From the NCBI GenBank assembly GCA_002633005.1, contig NMRA01000491.1, forward strand, positions 141,321 to 205,320: a stretch of DNA of 64,000 bases, in the 5' to 3' direction. A program made the position numbers and the translations under genes. The stretch's first letter is position 1. Every line of letters starts with the position of its first letter. The notes under the pieces were generated by a model that made no database searches, was not told the origin of the DNA, and saw only the letters and a program-made list of their open reading frames with translations. This DNA is from Phoronis australis (Eukaryota > Animalia > Phoronida). Below are positions 51,504 to 64,000 of the stretch, in pieces.

Positions 51504-52374
51504 GACACGTTTCACAAACTTTCCACATTAATTTTTTTACAAGAAGTCTTTCACATGCACAACTCACAGAGAACGTTAAATTATATTGGTAAATATAGGT
51601 ATAGAGGTCTTCTTAAATGAGACCGACTACAATTTGTCTGCAACCTGTGGGTCACCAAATGTCCTCTACAATACATTGGCGGGTAGTTACACCTAGTATT
51701 GAAGGTGGTAACCACTCTGGCTCGAAATGTCACCAAGTTTATTATGAACAGCTGCCTTGGGTTTTTTTAAATTGGACACACACTGGGTTGAACCTTTTAA
51801 AAAAGTGCTTAAATAACAATCACAGGAGATTAATAACAACTCACAGCTGCCTTCCTGAAGAAGATAAGGAGACTATTTAACCCTGTCTCAAAATGAAAGT
51901 AAATTTAAGATTATATAGTAACCTAGAAAATTGACCAAATTTGGCAAATTTCGGAACATCGAAACTCAGACATGGCTGTCGGATTCATATCAAATTTTCA
52001 GAGTATGCTTCAGTCTGTTAGGAATTGTTTTTAAAAGATCCAATTTTACACGAGGGGCTATCAAAAATAGCACTGTTATGAAAACAAAATGATATTTTAG
52101 AAAACTGTAATAGCGTTTCTGAAATTTCAGCTCGAACCTTTACATCAAACCAAATCTGGTCAAATTATGAATACTGTTATTTTACTATCAATGTGCCGAA
52201 AAGAATACCAAAATTTTAGTCTGTTACTAGCATAGTTTGTGCTGCGTAGATGTCACAAAACAACATTTGGAATAGTGTCCACCATTTGTAACAAAGTATG
52301 CTTTTGAAATATGGTAAAATGTTGATTATTTTTAATCGAAATGAAATGAAAATTAGTGTATGAACAAAAACCTC

Positions 52375-52541
52375 AGATGTTCTATCATAATAATGTTCAT
52401 AGAGATGTTCTATCATAATAATGTTCATAGAGATGTTCTATCATAATAATGTTCATAGAGATGTTCTATCATAATAATGTTCATAGAGATGTTCTATCAT
52501 AATAATGTTCATAGAGATGTTCTATCATAATAATGTTCATA
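52375..52541. repeat. 28-bp minisatellite, about 6 copies
   Basis: gagatgttctatcataataatgttcata units. Confidence 0.95.
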
Positions 52542-52687
52542 TACAACAGTAATTATTAACGTGACAGAAACTACAGGACATTCCAACACATGTCAGAAAA
52601 TCCTTTTACCCATTAACAAGGATACCGCTCGCCAAAAGATTGTATCAAAACTCGATAAACGAATGCAACACACTTGTCCGTTCTCAC

Positions 52688-52922
52688 CTTCAACACTTGA
52701 GGTGGCACCTCTGCAGTCATAGAGGACGCAACAGAAGGCATTTGTATCTTGTTTGAACGGGACACAACGGGAGAGCCGGAGACAGGAACACTGGACGACG
52801 TGAAAGTAGTGCCTTGATGTGCAGCCTTTTTCTCGATATCCGACAACTGAAGCTTCATCAACTGCTGTTTTAAATTCGTCCGTGTTGGCGTCGGCGTGTT
52901 TTTCAACTCGGGTGTCGAATTA
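52688..52922 (-). CDS. MITF: MiT/TFE factor, exon equivalent to MITF 1B1b (Rag-binding region); upstream first exon not located
   Basis: ttgcag|(x)NSTPELKNTPTPTRTNLKQQLMKLQ...AEVPPQVLK|gtgag, 235 nt, phase 2-0. Matches SRILLRQQLMREQ and VPMEVLK. Confidence 0.9.
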
Positions 52923-55860
52923 CTGCAAGAGAGAACATACAATGCTGCAACGAAAAAAATCACACCATGGGCTGGGAGAACCAGTGACAATTCTTAACTT
53001 ACTTTGCACTCAATATGGCTGACAAGCGAGATTCTATTCCGTCATATTTCTTCACAAAAATGAAGATAATGAAAAATTTAGTCTATTACTAGCATGGTTT
53101 GTACGTGTAGATAAGATTTGTTTTGGTGAATTTTCCAGTATTTGCATTAAAGTAGTCAGCTTTTGAAAAATGGACAAATAAAATTTTGGCGATTATTTTT
53201 GTGTGAAATAAGTGAAGAATTATTGGAACTCCACACTACATTACAAAATTGACCAATCCCATAGCAGGATATTTAGTTGAAAGTACCCCACACGTATGGT
53301 AACTTGTCAAGACTGGAGTGAAGTGTGATCATCTCCTCTCTAGTCAGACATATCTCAAGAGAACTCACTTGCAAAATATTTAAATGACAACCTGTTGATC
53401 CGTTTAACTGAGTTCGAGCAGTGTTCGTATGACTAGGGAAATCCTACCAACAGCATATCAACTCGCTAGACAATTATGGAAACACTGCCCTCTGAGCAAA
53501 GAAGCTAGCAAGAAAATTTGTACTTTGAAGACACTCTCACATATCATTCGGATGTGACAGGTCAGGGACCTGCCTAAGAGATAACCTGCTACCAATGAAC
53601 TTTTGCCATCAAAGGACAACCAAACAAGATGACAATAACTTCTGGTAGAGATAAGAATGAGAGTTAAAGTATTGTATCATGCAGGGTTCAGACTCACTGA
53701 CCAGTGGTCACACTCACTGACCAGAACAACAGTCCAGCTTGACTACAGTACTCGCCATAAATAAACTATCTCTAAAGGTCTCTCTGCAGTCCTGCAGATT
53801 CAACACACAGCTACTGTTAGAAAGAGATGCAATCTAGATAATGACACGCCAAACAACGCTCAAATTAAAACAAATCAAACTAAATCCCAGCATTAAAACA
53901 AATCAAACTAAATCCTAGCATTAAAATCTTGATCTGCCACTGACATCCGGTTATTTAAGCATAGATAAGATTTTACATCACTGCACTTTTGTATCATGAA
54001 TGGCAAATTTTGACTCAAGATTTATATTACATCAAAGTAAACCCTGTTAGAGACAGGGATAACTTTCATTACATTCACCTAAACTTGAAATGTAACTTTT
54101 CAATCACCCAGGAATGTTTATAACCGGGAAAATTAAACCTGCTCAGCTGGACTGTATCATGAAGGTTCACCCTTTCCACCGCGTGGAACGGTACTGACTA
54201 GATCCTATCTCAATAAAACACAGCAAGAAGCTGTACCTGTCCCGAAAGTCCAAACCTTTCATCTAGAAGGGAGTGGGATGCTCCCGAGAGCTTAAGAGAT
54301 TTTTCATAGTATGACACAGTCCAGCTGAACAGGTTTAATTATCTGATTATTCAGCTTAACAGCAAAATTGGAAACCATGATTTTGCAGTAATATATGTAT
54401 TCAGATCATTACGTAAGTGGTCTCTGACAAGAAAGCGATTGAAAGCCGTATCAAACACAGACAGCAGGCCCTGCAGTTCCGTAATCAAAAAAGGGCCCAA
54501 TTTTACTGACCAGTTCCAGTATGCTTTCTGCCAACAGTAAGCGAAATCGGAAGGTACTTCCTCCCCACCCCAGTAGCATGAATATGACTCCACCATGACT
54601 GCTGCGTGGACTCTCAATCCTCACTACAACCATAACCGACCAGCAACAACCATCGACACCACTACCACTGGCGAAGAAGAAAATGCTTCGCAGAGAATAA
54701 GCCACGTGCAACTACGTCGTATCTCATGACTGCAAAAGTAACTACAATATAAGGGATACATCTCATTTGTTCATGGAACTTTGCAGAGCCAATCACTCGC
54801 TGACCTATCTGCCAAGTATCTGAAACTCGCAACAGTAACCTTGACAAAATTCCATCAAGCACCTTCCAAATTACTTAATAATGATTCTGATCTACATCGT
54901 GTGACCAACAGATGGCCTATTGCGGGTGAACAGGAAGGAGTGTCCTGTCTATACACCACAGGGGCAAGGGGCGGGACTCAACTTCACAAGGGGCGTGACT
55001 TAAGTGATCATTGCTCCAGTACCACCTGGCCTATGGCGTTATTTCTTCCACAACAGTTACCACCTATTTTCATGAAGAGCAAAAAACACAAATCCATTTC
55101 ATGTTTTCTCCATACATGTTTTTGATTCAAAATTAAATTTTTGGTAAAACACGAGTTTTAAAGAACGCATTACAAGCGACATTTTCTGCGACCATTTCAG
55201 TATAACCAGTGCACCTTGGACATGAACATTGGAAAAGCGAATGGAACTAAATCAGTATAGGTGTGAAGAGGAAGAGAAAACTGAAACTGCAATTGCAACT
55301 AGTCATAAAGTCATAAAGTCATCCCCTAGACAGTATGTGGCAAGAACTGAAACTGAAACTGTGGAGGTGCCAGGGCACTTTCCCCAGATGGCAACAAGGA
55401 AAGTGAGAGAAATCCAAACCAGGAGAGGGGGTGGGTGACAAGTCAAGCACTAATTAGTTTGTCACGTCAGTGGTCAGCACTACCCGGATGTATATCCATA
55501 AGTCGTGTCCACTCATGCTGATATCCTGAGCAACTTGGCAGGCCAGGCAGTCAAATCATGACACCACAGAATGATACCAACTATGACCCGGGCAGTCAAA
55601 CCATGACACCACAGAAAGATACCAACTGTGACATCAGTCACTGGACCCAGAGACAATGATGGAGCTCAAACCTTGAAGAGGTGGACAAACAGCTGTGTTT
55701 CAATGTGACCAGATAGCACTGTGATGATGCATGGCAGATGGTGTTATCCACCAAACAAAACAAGGGAGATTCTCTCTGTAAACACATCAGCTTTGTAGCA
55801 AAGTAAGAAAGGTTGCAAGAAAATTCAAAATATTTACCCACAATACACTCACCCCCACCG

Positions 55861-55939
55861 AGCACTTTGTCAGACTCGGTGCAGAAGCACTTTGTCAGAC
55901 TCGGTGCAGAAGCACTTTGTCAGACTCGGTGCAGAAGCA
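55861..55939. repeat. 25-bp tandem repeat, 3 copies
   Basis: agcactttgtcagactcggtgcaga x3. Confidence 0.95.
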
Positions 55940-56371
55940 TGTTTTTACACACAGATAAAAAATTTGTAACTTAAAAAATCCTGCACATCTTTACAGCCAC
56001 ACAGCAACTTCAAACATTAAAGCATTTATGAATACACAGCTCACCTTCTTATGTTAGGACCAAAAACAGAAAGCATTCTAATTAATTGTGTTGCCTCATC
56101 AGTTTTCTTACCTCTCAGTCTAGAATAAGTACCGTTATTCAGTAACAAAAGTAAGAGAGATATTCAAACCACAGCACATCATGAAATGTGTTACAGAAGA
56201 AACAGGTTGAACAACCTTAACCACCAGCATGCAAACTCCTTTGTGATGAAATCAGCTGTTGGTGTACTGACCTCTGATCAGCTGTTTTGTGCAAAAACAA
56301 GACATTCCCAGGTAATTTCCATGACTCACCACTGACACAGAATTCAGGTGAGTGATACAATCTATGGTATG

Positions 56372-56667
56372 CAGAGCTGACATAATAACCTGCAGGATGT
56401 GTTTGCAACCTGAAATTTGGAGATTTTGGCCAACTCGTACACATGGGTATTCCAACTTTTGCAAGTCGAGAGTTACATCACACGAAAATGCCCCAACAGG
56501 GTTGTTTAGTGTAATGGGAAAATACGGTGCAGCAACACAAACAAATTGTACCATTACAGCGACTTGGGATCTATGTGTGTGAAATGGATTTCAGAATTAA
56601 TTGCGAGCTGGGATTTTGGCTAGGTAGCAAATGGTGACTTGGTAATTTCCAATTTGCTTGAGGCTAG
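56372..56667. mobile_element. Short decayed derivative of the CAGGGC-ended family
   Basis: cctgcagg...gcaacctgaaatttgg and gcgagctgggattttggctagg resemble the two ends of 25200-27386. Confidence 0.5.
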
Positions 56668-59600
56668 TAGGGCACTTTCAACTAGATGAACAGCACTCAT
56701 CTCTGACGCACCGACGAAGAGTGACATCACAGAACAGTTTGTGTGTTAGACGACCCCTATGTCAAGAGGTGAGTGCACAAGGGTCACCTTTCTGGCCTTA
56801 ATTCTTAACAAAGAAATGATTCACATAGTAATTCCACAGTGCCTGGCCTGGTAGAGTGCCAACACAACTGACGCACATGCACAAAACAACACATGGGCAA
56901 AACAACATTTTGATTTGACAGGTAGTATGGCGATCACACAAAGGGTAGCCAAACATCACCTATCATCAGCAGGTTTGAACTTAAATTTCAACCTCACACG
57001 CATTTACACTTTTGTGTCTAAAACTTAATATGCAGGTTTTTCAAACAAAAACATATCTCCAAGAAAACATTTCTGAAAAAATATGGACATTTACAAAATT
57101 TACAGTAACGTTACAGCCTATCGACTAAAATTGAAAATGGGCAATTTTGGTGACTCCTTTTTGTCCAACAGCAACCTTCAGACCTCATTCACTCAAATTT
57201 GACATGGAACAAACCTACACAAAACCTAAGTGAATATTGTCCTTAATTAAGGAATGCAAATTTCTGTGTTCCTGGGAACAGGGTTTAATCTCTGTACGAA
57301 AAACTTGACTCTACATTTCCGGTATACTTACAAATTTGCAATCTTACAAATTTGCATTTAAAAAATGCGGTGGCAAGCGATTGAGACCGTATGTCCAGGA
57401 CACACGATTCTACGACAGTTTGCTTACAGATGGTATGATGGCATTAATGGTGATACTTTGTGCAAGCAAAACTACGCATAATAAAACAGCAGGTCTACGC
57501 AAACACTTCTGCCTTCACGCCTTCTTATAAGGCTTTATCTGAACAGGATGTGACACAAAAAATTTGACCTGAACCAATTTGCTTCAAGATATGTCTAAAA
57601 TATCTTCTCCAATAAAATCTCACCGAATTTGTAGTTTGTTAATTTTTCAAAGGCATCTAACATTATTTCAGTAGCTCACAACTACACAAAACATTCTTAC
57701 GCTAGCTAAGATTACACACAACCCATAAAACCATTTATTTGGTGCCAAAAATCTTTTATGATAACAAAATTTCACTAGTTCATTATCTTCCGTCTTAACT
57801 GGCAACATTTTACCATAAATGCAGCTGACCTAGACTTTATTTGTGATGACAATAACCCTTTACAAAGAAAGAGTTCACCAGTCCACACACATACCACAAG
57901 AAAAAGTACACTCTTGACACTGCCACAAAACAGTGTGTTGAAGAAAGAGGTATTTCTACACCTTGCACACAGAGTAGTCTTTGTGCTATAGTAATGGGTT
58001 ATCAATTTTAATAATGAAAGTGAAATCTACCTTGCAGACCTGTTAACAACCTGAATCCACAATGGCCTTTGTGATAACAACACAAGCTTTTTATCGGATT
58101 TAGATGACACTAAATAAAATCCCTGTAACCAGGACATGGAGCCGCAACTCATTTTTCACAAGCATCTTTTTCTAGTTCTCTTGCAATGGCTTGAAGGAAC
58201 TGTAAGATGTGAATAAGACAACACTCTCAACAATGTTGTGAATACTGTAAGAAACTTTAGTTCACAGAAAATGACTGAGAACTGAGTAGAAGAGAGAAGT
58301 TTAGCATATGTAAAACGTATAAAAATAACAAAAAAAATCACTTTGGGACACAAGGCTGAAAAGTTGGACCTCCTTTTTATCAAAAGTCTCAACAAAAATA
58401 ACACTAAAGAAAATTCATCTTTTTTCAATTTCAGTGATGGTTCGTATGGCACAAGGCAAGATTTATAGGTCAATCTAATATGCCTTCCAAAATCAAAAAT
58501 TGAGCAGTTTTTACCATAAACCCCTTTTATGGTGATTTCGGCCAAAACTGATGATGTCACCTATTATTACGCAGGCAGTAACACCAATGAGAGACACATG
58601 TATTATTTAACTTCCTTGTTGTTTCACTAACTGGATTCTGTGGTCCAGTGTGGGTGGTTTTCCCCACAACCAATTTCCTACTAATGCTAGTCCATCACTT
58701 GACATAATAAAGTGTGTATAAGTGAATGATTTTCAAACTTAGCCTGAGTACCCATAACTATACAAAGCATCGGTCGAAAACCCCTGCACTGTAAAACAAC
58801 TCAGTGAAATTTTGTAAATTATCTTCGTTGGGAAATTTGACAAAAATGAATCTCTTGCAAAAAAGCCATTTCGCGTCCTAACTGAATTGTTTTTTTTTGC
58901 TAAGGTAACATCTTCCGTACTCATCCTGCTTTAGGTACCTATAGAAAGAAAATCTTACCTGTGAGTCTGAGTGCTAGTAACAGAAACCTGCCACCTAACT
59001 CAGTGTGCAGGTGTTAATAAACACTCAGTGTGAAATCCCTCTGCTCTTGATGTAAAGGTGTGTTGGTTTAGATATCTTCAACATAGGACTGACTTTTGCA
59101 CTGAGTTGCCATACAACTCTGAGTTGCCATACAACTCAGTAAGTATGAAGCTACACACTTGTGTATTCTCTTCTTTAAAGTAAACAATGAGAGATAATCC
59201 AGTGAAATTTTATTGGCAGGAATTGGAATTAAACACCTTGGACTGATATCATTTCCAGTACCTGGGTTATCACCCTGGGTATTACACAACTTTTATTACA
59301 TAACACTACAACAATGTGAAGCTCCAATAACAAGTGAATATAATCTACTTTAACATCATCATATCAGAAAACTAAGGCACCCCTGAACAGATTCAGGAAT
59401 TATGAAAAAAGAACCAAGTCACTTTGTTAAAAATTCAATGTGGGACACATTTAAGGCTATTTGTTCCTAACAGGAGGAGCCATTCATGACTACTGAAGTG
59501 CATCCCCATGTCCCAGTTTACCAGACACAAATGCACATCCTAACAGATTTTAACCACTATACCCACTCAATGAGCTATACGCTACCATTGGCCCATTGAA

Positions 59601-61124
59601 AGGCCATAGCCGAGCAATGCTAATCAATGATTAATCAGGACTTTGATCCGAAAAATCCAACTGGGCAAGAGAAAACACTTCTTATACTGTGGTCGATTGT
59701 TAGGTTGTGACACAAGTGAAACCTTTAGCTTAATATACCACTTCATTCTCATTATGCTTAATATACCACTTCATTCTCATTATAACATACGGTAAAGCCT
59801 CTTCAAATCAGACCACAATATGGAGGATCAGTAAAATTCTAATTACAAAAATTTTCAACAACAGCAAACAAGAAGACAACTTTACTTGATTATTTAAAAA
59901 TCTTATATCATGCAGCTGTCAACAAAAACACACAATGGAATTTTGAACATTTTGGCAATACAGTGAGTGTTTGAAAAATGAAAATGACACCTTTGGCCAT
60001 AAGTTTTGTTGGAATTCTAGAAAAATTTACAGTACTTTTGAAGCACTCATTACTGCGTGCTATATGCCAAAATCTGTTAGGCACAAAACATTCTTTGATA
60101 CAATTAGTGCAACTTTGAAAAATTGGAAGGAAGTTTTTGGCAAAAATATTTTGAGAAAAAAAATCTTACTTGCAGGTTTGCAGGTACAGGGCATCAAACC
60201 AAGTGAAGCACCAACTAAGGTCAAATATAATCCAAGTCTATTTGTCACAGACAATGGGGGAGATACCGCTGATAATCCCTCTTAATTTAAAAGATAAATG
60301 AATTTTATTGCTGACCTTTAACTTTGATAACTCAACACATCAGCAAAGCTTTGGTTAGCTACAAACTAAACAATAGTTTTTTCGTTCCTCAATACCGAAG
60401 ATAAAAGCGAACCCACGAAAAGTTAGTCTGGTGGCTAAGCCATTCTGCAATTGGAATTTTGCTCCCAAAACAGTCATTGCCGGGACATTTTTTGCTGTTA
60501 ACAGCATTATCAATCTTGATGGGCAAACGGTATTTTGTCTGATTACATTAGCTTTATACTTCATATCCATCAGCATGGTTAGGTAATTTTTATGGTTCTC
60601 TAACATTTAAAAATTGCACACTCTTTGCCAGCAAGTCTCCCCTGTCACTTACCATCAGTGCAGGACCATTACTAGACTCCTTATCAGCTGGAGACAGGTC
60701 CATGCATTATTTGTGTAACAAGAGAATTGGGTTTGGCATCTTACCAATAGCCGACCAACAGTTCATGCTCAGCTCAAGAATAAACCTGGAATCACTTTCA
60801 CTTTCACAACCCAATATTCTTCAAAACCAGTTTTCTTGTCAATGCCCCAGTTTGAATAATTATATTGTCGCGAGGGGTTTGGCTTACTTGTGTTGAGGTT
60901 GAAATCTTATTTAACGAGTTTGAAGTATTGGGAGACCAGTCATTTCTTAAGCAAGTTGGGACATTTTTGATTTTTCGAACCAATTCAATGTATTTATTCA
61001 CAGATTTAACACACAAACTCCCCAAAGTATGGACACAGACTTTCGAACAAGTATATGAGATTAGTAATTCCAGTTGAGTTTGAATTTTCTGTTTGGGAGA
61101 ACATCGTACCCATGTCACTAAATG

Positions 61125-61306
61125 TCACATTAGTTTTATTCATTTCACTTCCTCGCCATCCCCACTATTATAGTTGAATTACTATGAATTACAAAATACA
61201 GTTAATTAAACATTCACATTAGTTTTATTCATTTCACTTCCTCGCCATCCCCACTATTATAGTTAACTTACTATGAATTACAAAATACAGTTAATTAAAC
61301 ATTCAC
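61125..61306. repeat. About 89-bp near-perfect tandem duplication
   Basis: tcacattagttttattcatttcacttcctcgccatcccc...gttaattaaacat x2. Confidence 0.9.
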
Positions 61307-63419
61307 GCCTCTGTGGCAACAAGTTTAGATTTTGCTATACGACATATTTGGATCATCTTCCAGGCCAAAAGTTCGGAATCATGGGGAAATAGGTTGCATG
61401 GTACAATGATACACCCCTTCAGTGTGGACATTTGTGAACTCTTTATTTCTTGGCAAGTTTAATTTTTCTGTTTTGGAAAGGTTGCAGTAGTGGACAGTAG
61501 TGTGTCTATACCCCAAATTGTAGTCCTTATTGAAGATAAGATAACAAGTACTTTGGTCACAGTGGTACAATACACAGACTATCCTCAGTTTCAAGGTCCT
61601 CAGATATCAGGCACAGGTTGTTGACTACTGAAGAACCAGGTCAAGGGGTGTGATAAAGATACTGGGCTACACCACTGCCACACAATATTCAGGGCTAGAA
61701 GTCACTTGATATTCAAGGCACTAATAGTCCACTGATGGAAATCCCTGTAGAAAGTTACACAGATTGCCTTCACTCCAAAGATTCCCACATGAATGTCATG
61801 ACCAAAAATACTCTGTGCACATGAAAAACAGCTGCAAAGTGACTGCAAAACGGTCCACCAGAAAAGAATACACATTAAGACATTTTTGCTGGAAAGACAA
61901 GGAGCCCATTTATGCTACAATCAACTGAAATAGACCAAATGCAATGTGCTTTGGGACAAATTTTGTCTTGGAAATGGCAAACACATTTCAATCTAAACAG
62001 GTTCCTGGAGTTGACATTTCTAGGCACCTTGGAAACAATACTCAAAGTGTATTCTAGCCTTTCATGGTCAATCTCAGATTTTTGAGAACTAGTTGGCAGC
62101 CACTTCTTCAGGGGAACTGGTTCTTAAAATTTGGGACCCTAGTAAGTGACTATTACTCAAAAGCGTACAACGAAAATTGTTCACCTTAACTAAAGGACTA
62201 TTCAGCACGTGATTGTTAATGGCGTGATTGTTAATGGCGTACACTAAAACAAATGGAACTGGGTGTAGCACTGACTCCAACAGAATTGTGTCAAATCAAG
62301 CAAAAAATATTCCAAGCTATATATGGATCATTTGATTTGCAGAATGCGGCCAATGTCGTGGACTACATATGTCAGAAATAGAAGGCAATTAATAAGTGAC
62401 ATGTATTACATGAAAGATGAGTGAAACTGGAGAATTGCACTTGTGAATTTGACACTCGGTAAAACAAGTGGTTGTTCATTTCCAAAACACAATAATGAAA
62501 TAAAGAATAGTCAGAACACAATTCGTAAAAATGTAGACTCTAGAAAAAAATCAGCTAAACAACTGACAAAATGACAAAAAACTCCTGGTTTGAATGTCCT
62601 CAAAGAAAATATGAAAATTGGTTGTTTGTAATTGTAAACCTTAAGAAATGAAAAGTTTTAGAAAAGGAGACGTGGATTAGTAAAATATAGGGTAGCAGTA
62701 CTTGGCTAGCTATCAACTGTCATATCATGCTGAGGTTCAACTTGAAGGCTGATTCATCACTCATGACACAATGACAAGACAGGGGGGGGGGTTGATGTTG
62801 TTCACTGTTCAGGACAACAGGTGATGTAACCTGCCTGTAAGTATTTACAGACACAGGGTTACAACAGGTAGAAAATCTGGATGAATGGGTGCCTGATTGA
62901 AAGCAATTTGATAACCAGTTGCTCCCACTGAATAACAGGCATTATAGAGAGGTAGTAACTGGTTCTCAGATAACGTTGAAATTGGGGACCCATCGACTCA
63001 ACTTTACCGAAGATTTGGCTTTGGCTTAATTTTGAAAATCAAAAAGTTATCTTTAGCAGCTGCAGACTGCAGTGATCAAAAGCAAGCGATGATGCGGGAG
63101 CTTTTCATCAAAAAATGGATCGATTTGAGCAGTCCATTAGTAATTTACCAAAGTTTGTTTTTTTGACAAGTCTTTATTGGTAGCCTCATCATTAGTGAAT
63201 GAGCCTATTGCAAATTATGTCAGCATGCTGTCATGAACTGAGAGCACAGGATATGACATCATACCCCACTGAGTGATTGCCTCATGGACTGAGACAGTTG
63301 AATACTTTGGACACAGGTAAGGTGTATTCAGGCATACAACAGATTTGTTTGCTTTGGATCTGGAAGTCTTTGTGGTGATCACGTGAGCAGAACACTAAGA
63401 GTCCTGGTGATTCTCTTAT

Positions 63420-63760
63420 AATTCCAGGTCCTTCAATCCCTTGATTTTGGGGCCAAATGTCGGTCACATTCCCGTCTGAAAACTAAGTAAAAATCACACA
63501 AAATTCCCCTCATGAGGCCAAAAAATTTCCCTCAAGTGATAAAGTAATTCCCCTCAAGATTTGAATCAATTGTAACACACACCCATTATAATTTGAATGC
63601 GAACAAAAAGTTACTTTTTGCTACATGAGGCAGACCTTATGAAGGCTTGTGACAGGAGGGGGACGCTAACTGATAGTGATCGGGAGGTAGAATTTTGCCC
63701 TTACTCACAAAACTTCCCGCTCTAAAGCAAGGCACAGTCACTTCTCCCCTCTGGTCCCTG
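63420..63760. repeat. Interspersed repeat (inverted homologue of 18120-18425), ending ggtccctg
   Basis: Shares blocks with the copy at 18 kb; CAGGG-type terminus. Confidence 0.6.
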
Positions 63761-63849
63761 AATTCAAGTATTATTCATAACAACATTTATACAACGAATT
63801 TCTGAAAAAGCTTTGGTCGACAAATTTTTTTCGAGGGCACATGCGGGAA

Positions 63850-64000
63850 CAGTCTCTATACATGGTGTTGAAAAATTAATGAGGGATCTCAACCCCAGAA
63901 AGTCTATGGGTCCTGATAACATACACCCATTCAATCTAAAAAGCAACGGAGTGGAACTGGCCCCAGCTCTGACCCTCATATTTGAATCATCACTTAGGTC
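63850..64000 (+). mobile_element. LINE ORF2 fragment (CR1/L2-like clade, region just upstream of the RT domain)
   Basis: Translates as GVEKLMRDLNPRKSMGPDNIHPFNLKSNGVELAPALTLIFESSL, the conserved L-N-P-x-K-x-x-GPD-x-I...ELAP-x-L-x-x-IF-x-x-SL LINE motif. Runs off the window. Confidence 0.8.

Noticed and set aside
53000-64000. Canonical MITF-A-like first exon (ESGI motif) and several strong donors (about 56110, 58959, 60652)
   Set aside because: I found no ATG-initiated phase-2 exon with the motif, and donors alone are insufficient evidence.

Overview
AT-rich eukaryotic DNA from a draft invertebrate animal assembly (N-gap at 4048-4603, single N at 48320). Three intron-containing genes can be read from the sequence. 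(1) The 5' end of an inositol 1,4,5-trisphosphate receptor gene (ITPR, minus strand), with coding exons 28267-28370, 16049-16119 and 14114-14220, continuing beyond the left edge. (2) A complete two-exon GPI mannosyltransferase 4 gene (PIGZ, plus strand, 34308-34419 joined to 36032-37656, 578 aa). (3) A MiT/TFE-family bHLH-ZIP gene (MITF/TFEB-like, minus strand) with seven exons from 52922 down to the stop at 41536; its first exon was not found and is probably right of the window. The introns carry many non-autonomous transposons: Helentron/DINE-1-like elements (one nested inside another), a CAGGGC-ended family with 5-bp TSDs (also self-nested), a CAC-ended long-TIR element with a 5-bp TSD, a mariner/pogo-type MITE, small palindromic MITEs, a Penelope-like palindrome with decayed hammerhead motifs, tRNA-SINE heads and a LINE fragment, plus many minisatellites and short tandem duplications. 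I see no convincing new biological system. The best leads are the two self-nesting transposon families, the hammerhead-like palindrome, the tight ITPR-MiT/TFE linkage, candidate extra exons, and an unexplained CpG-rich segment with small ORFs between ITPR and PIGZ.
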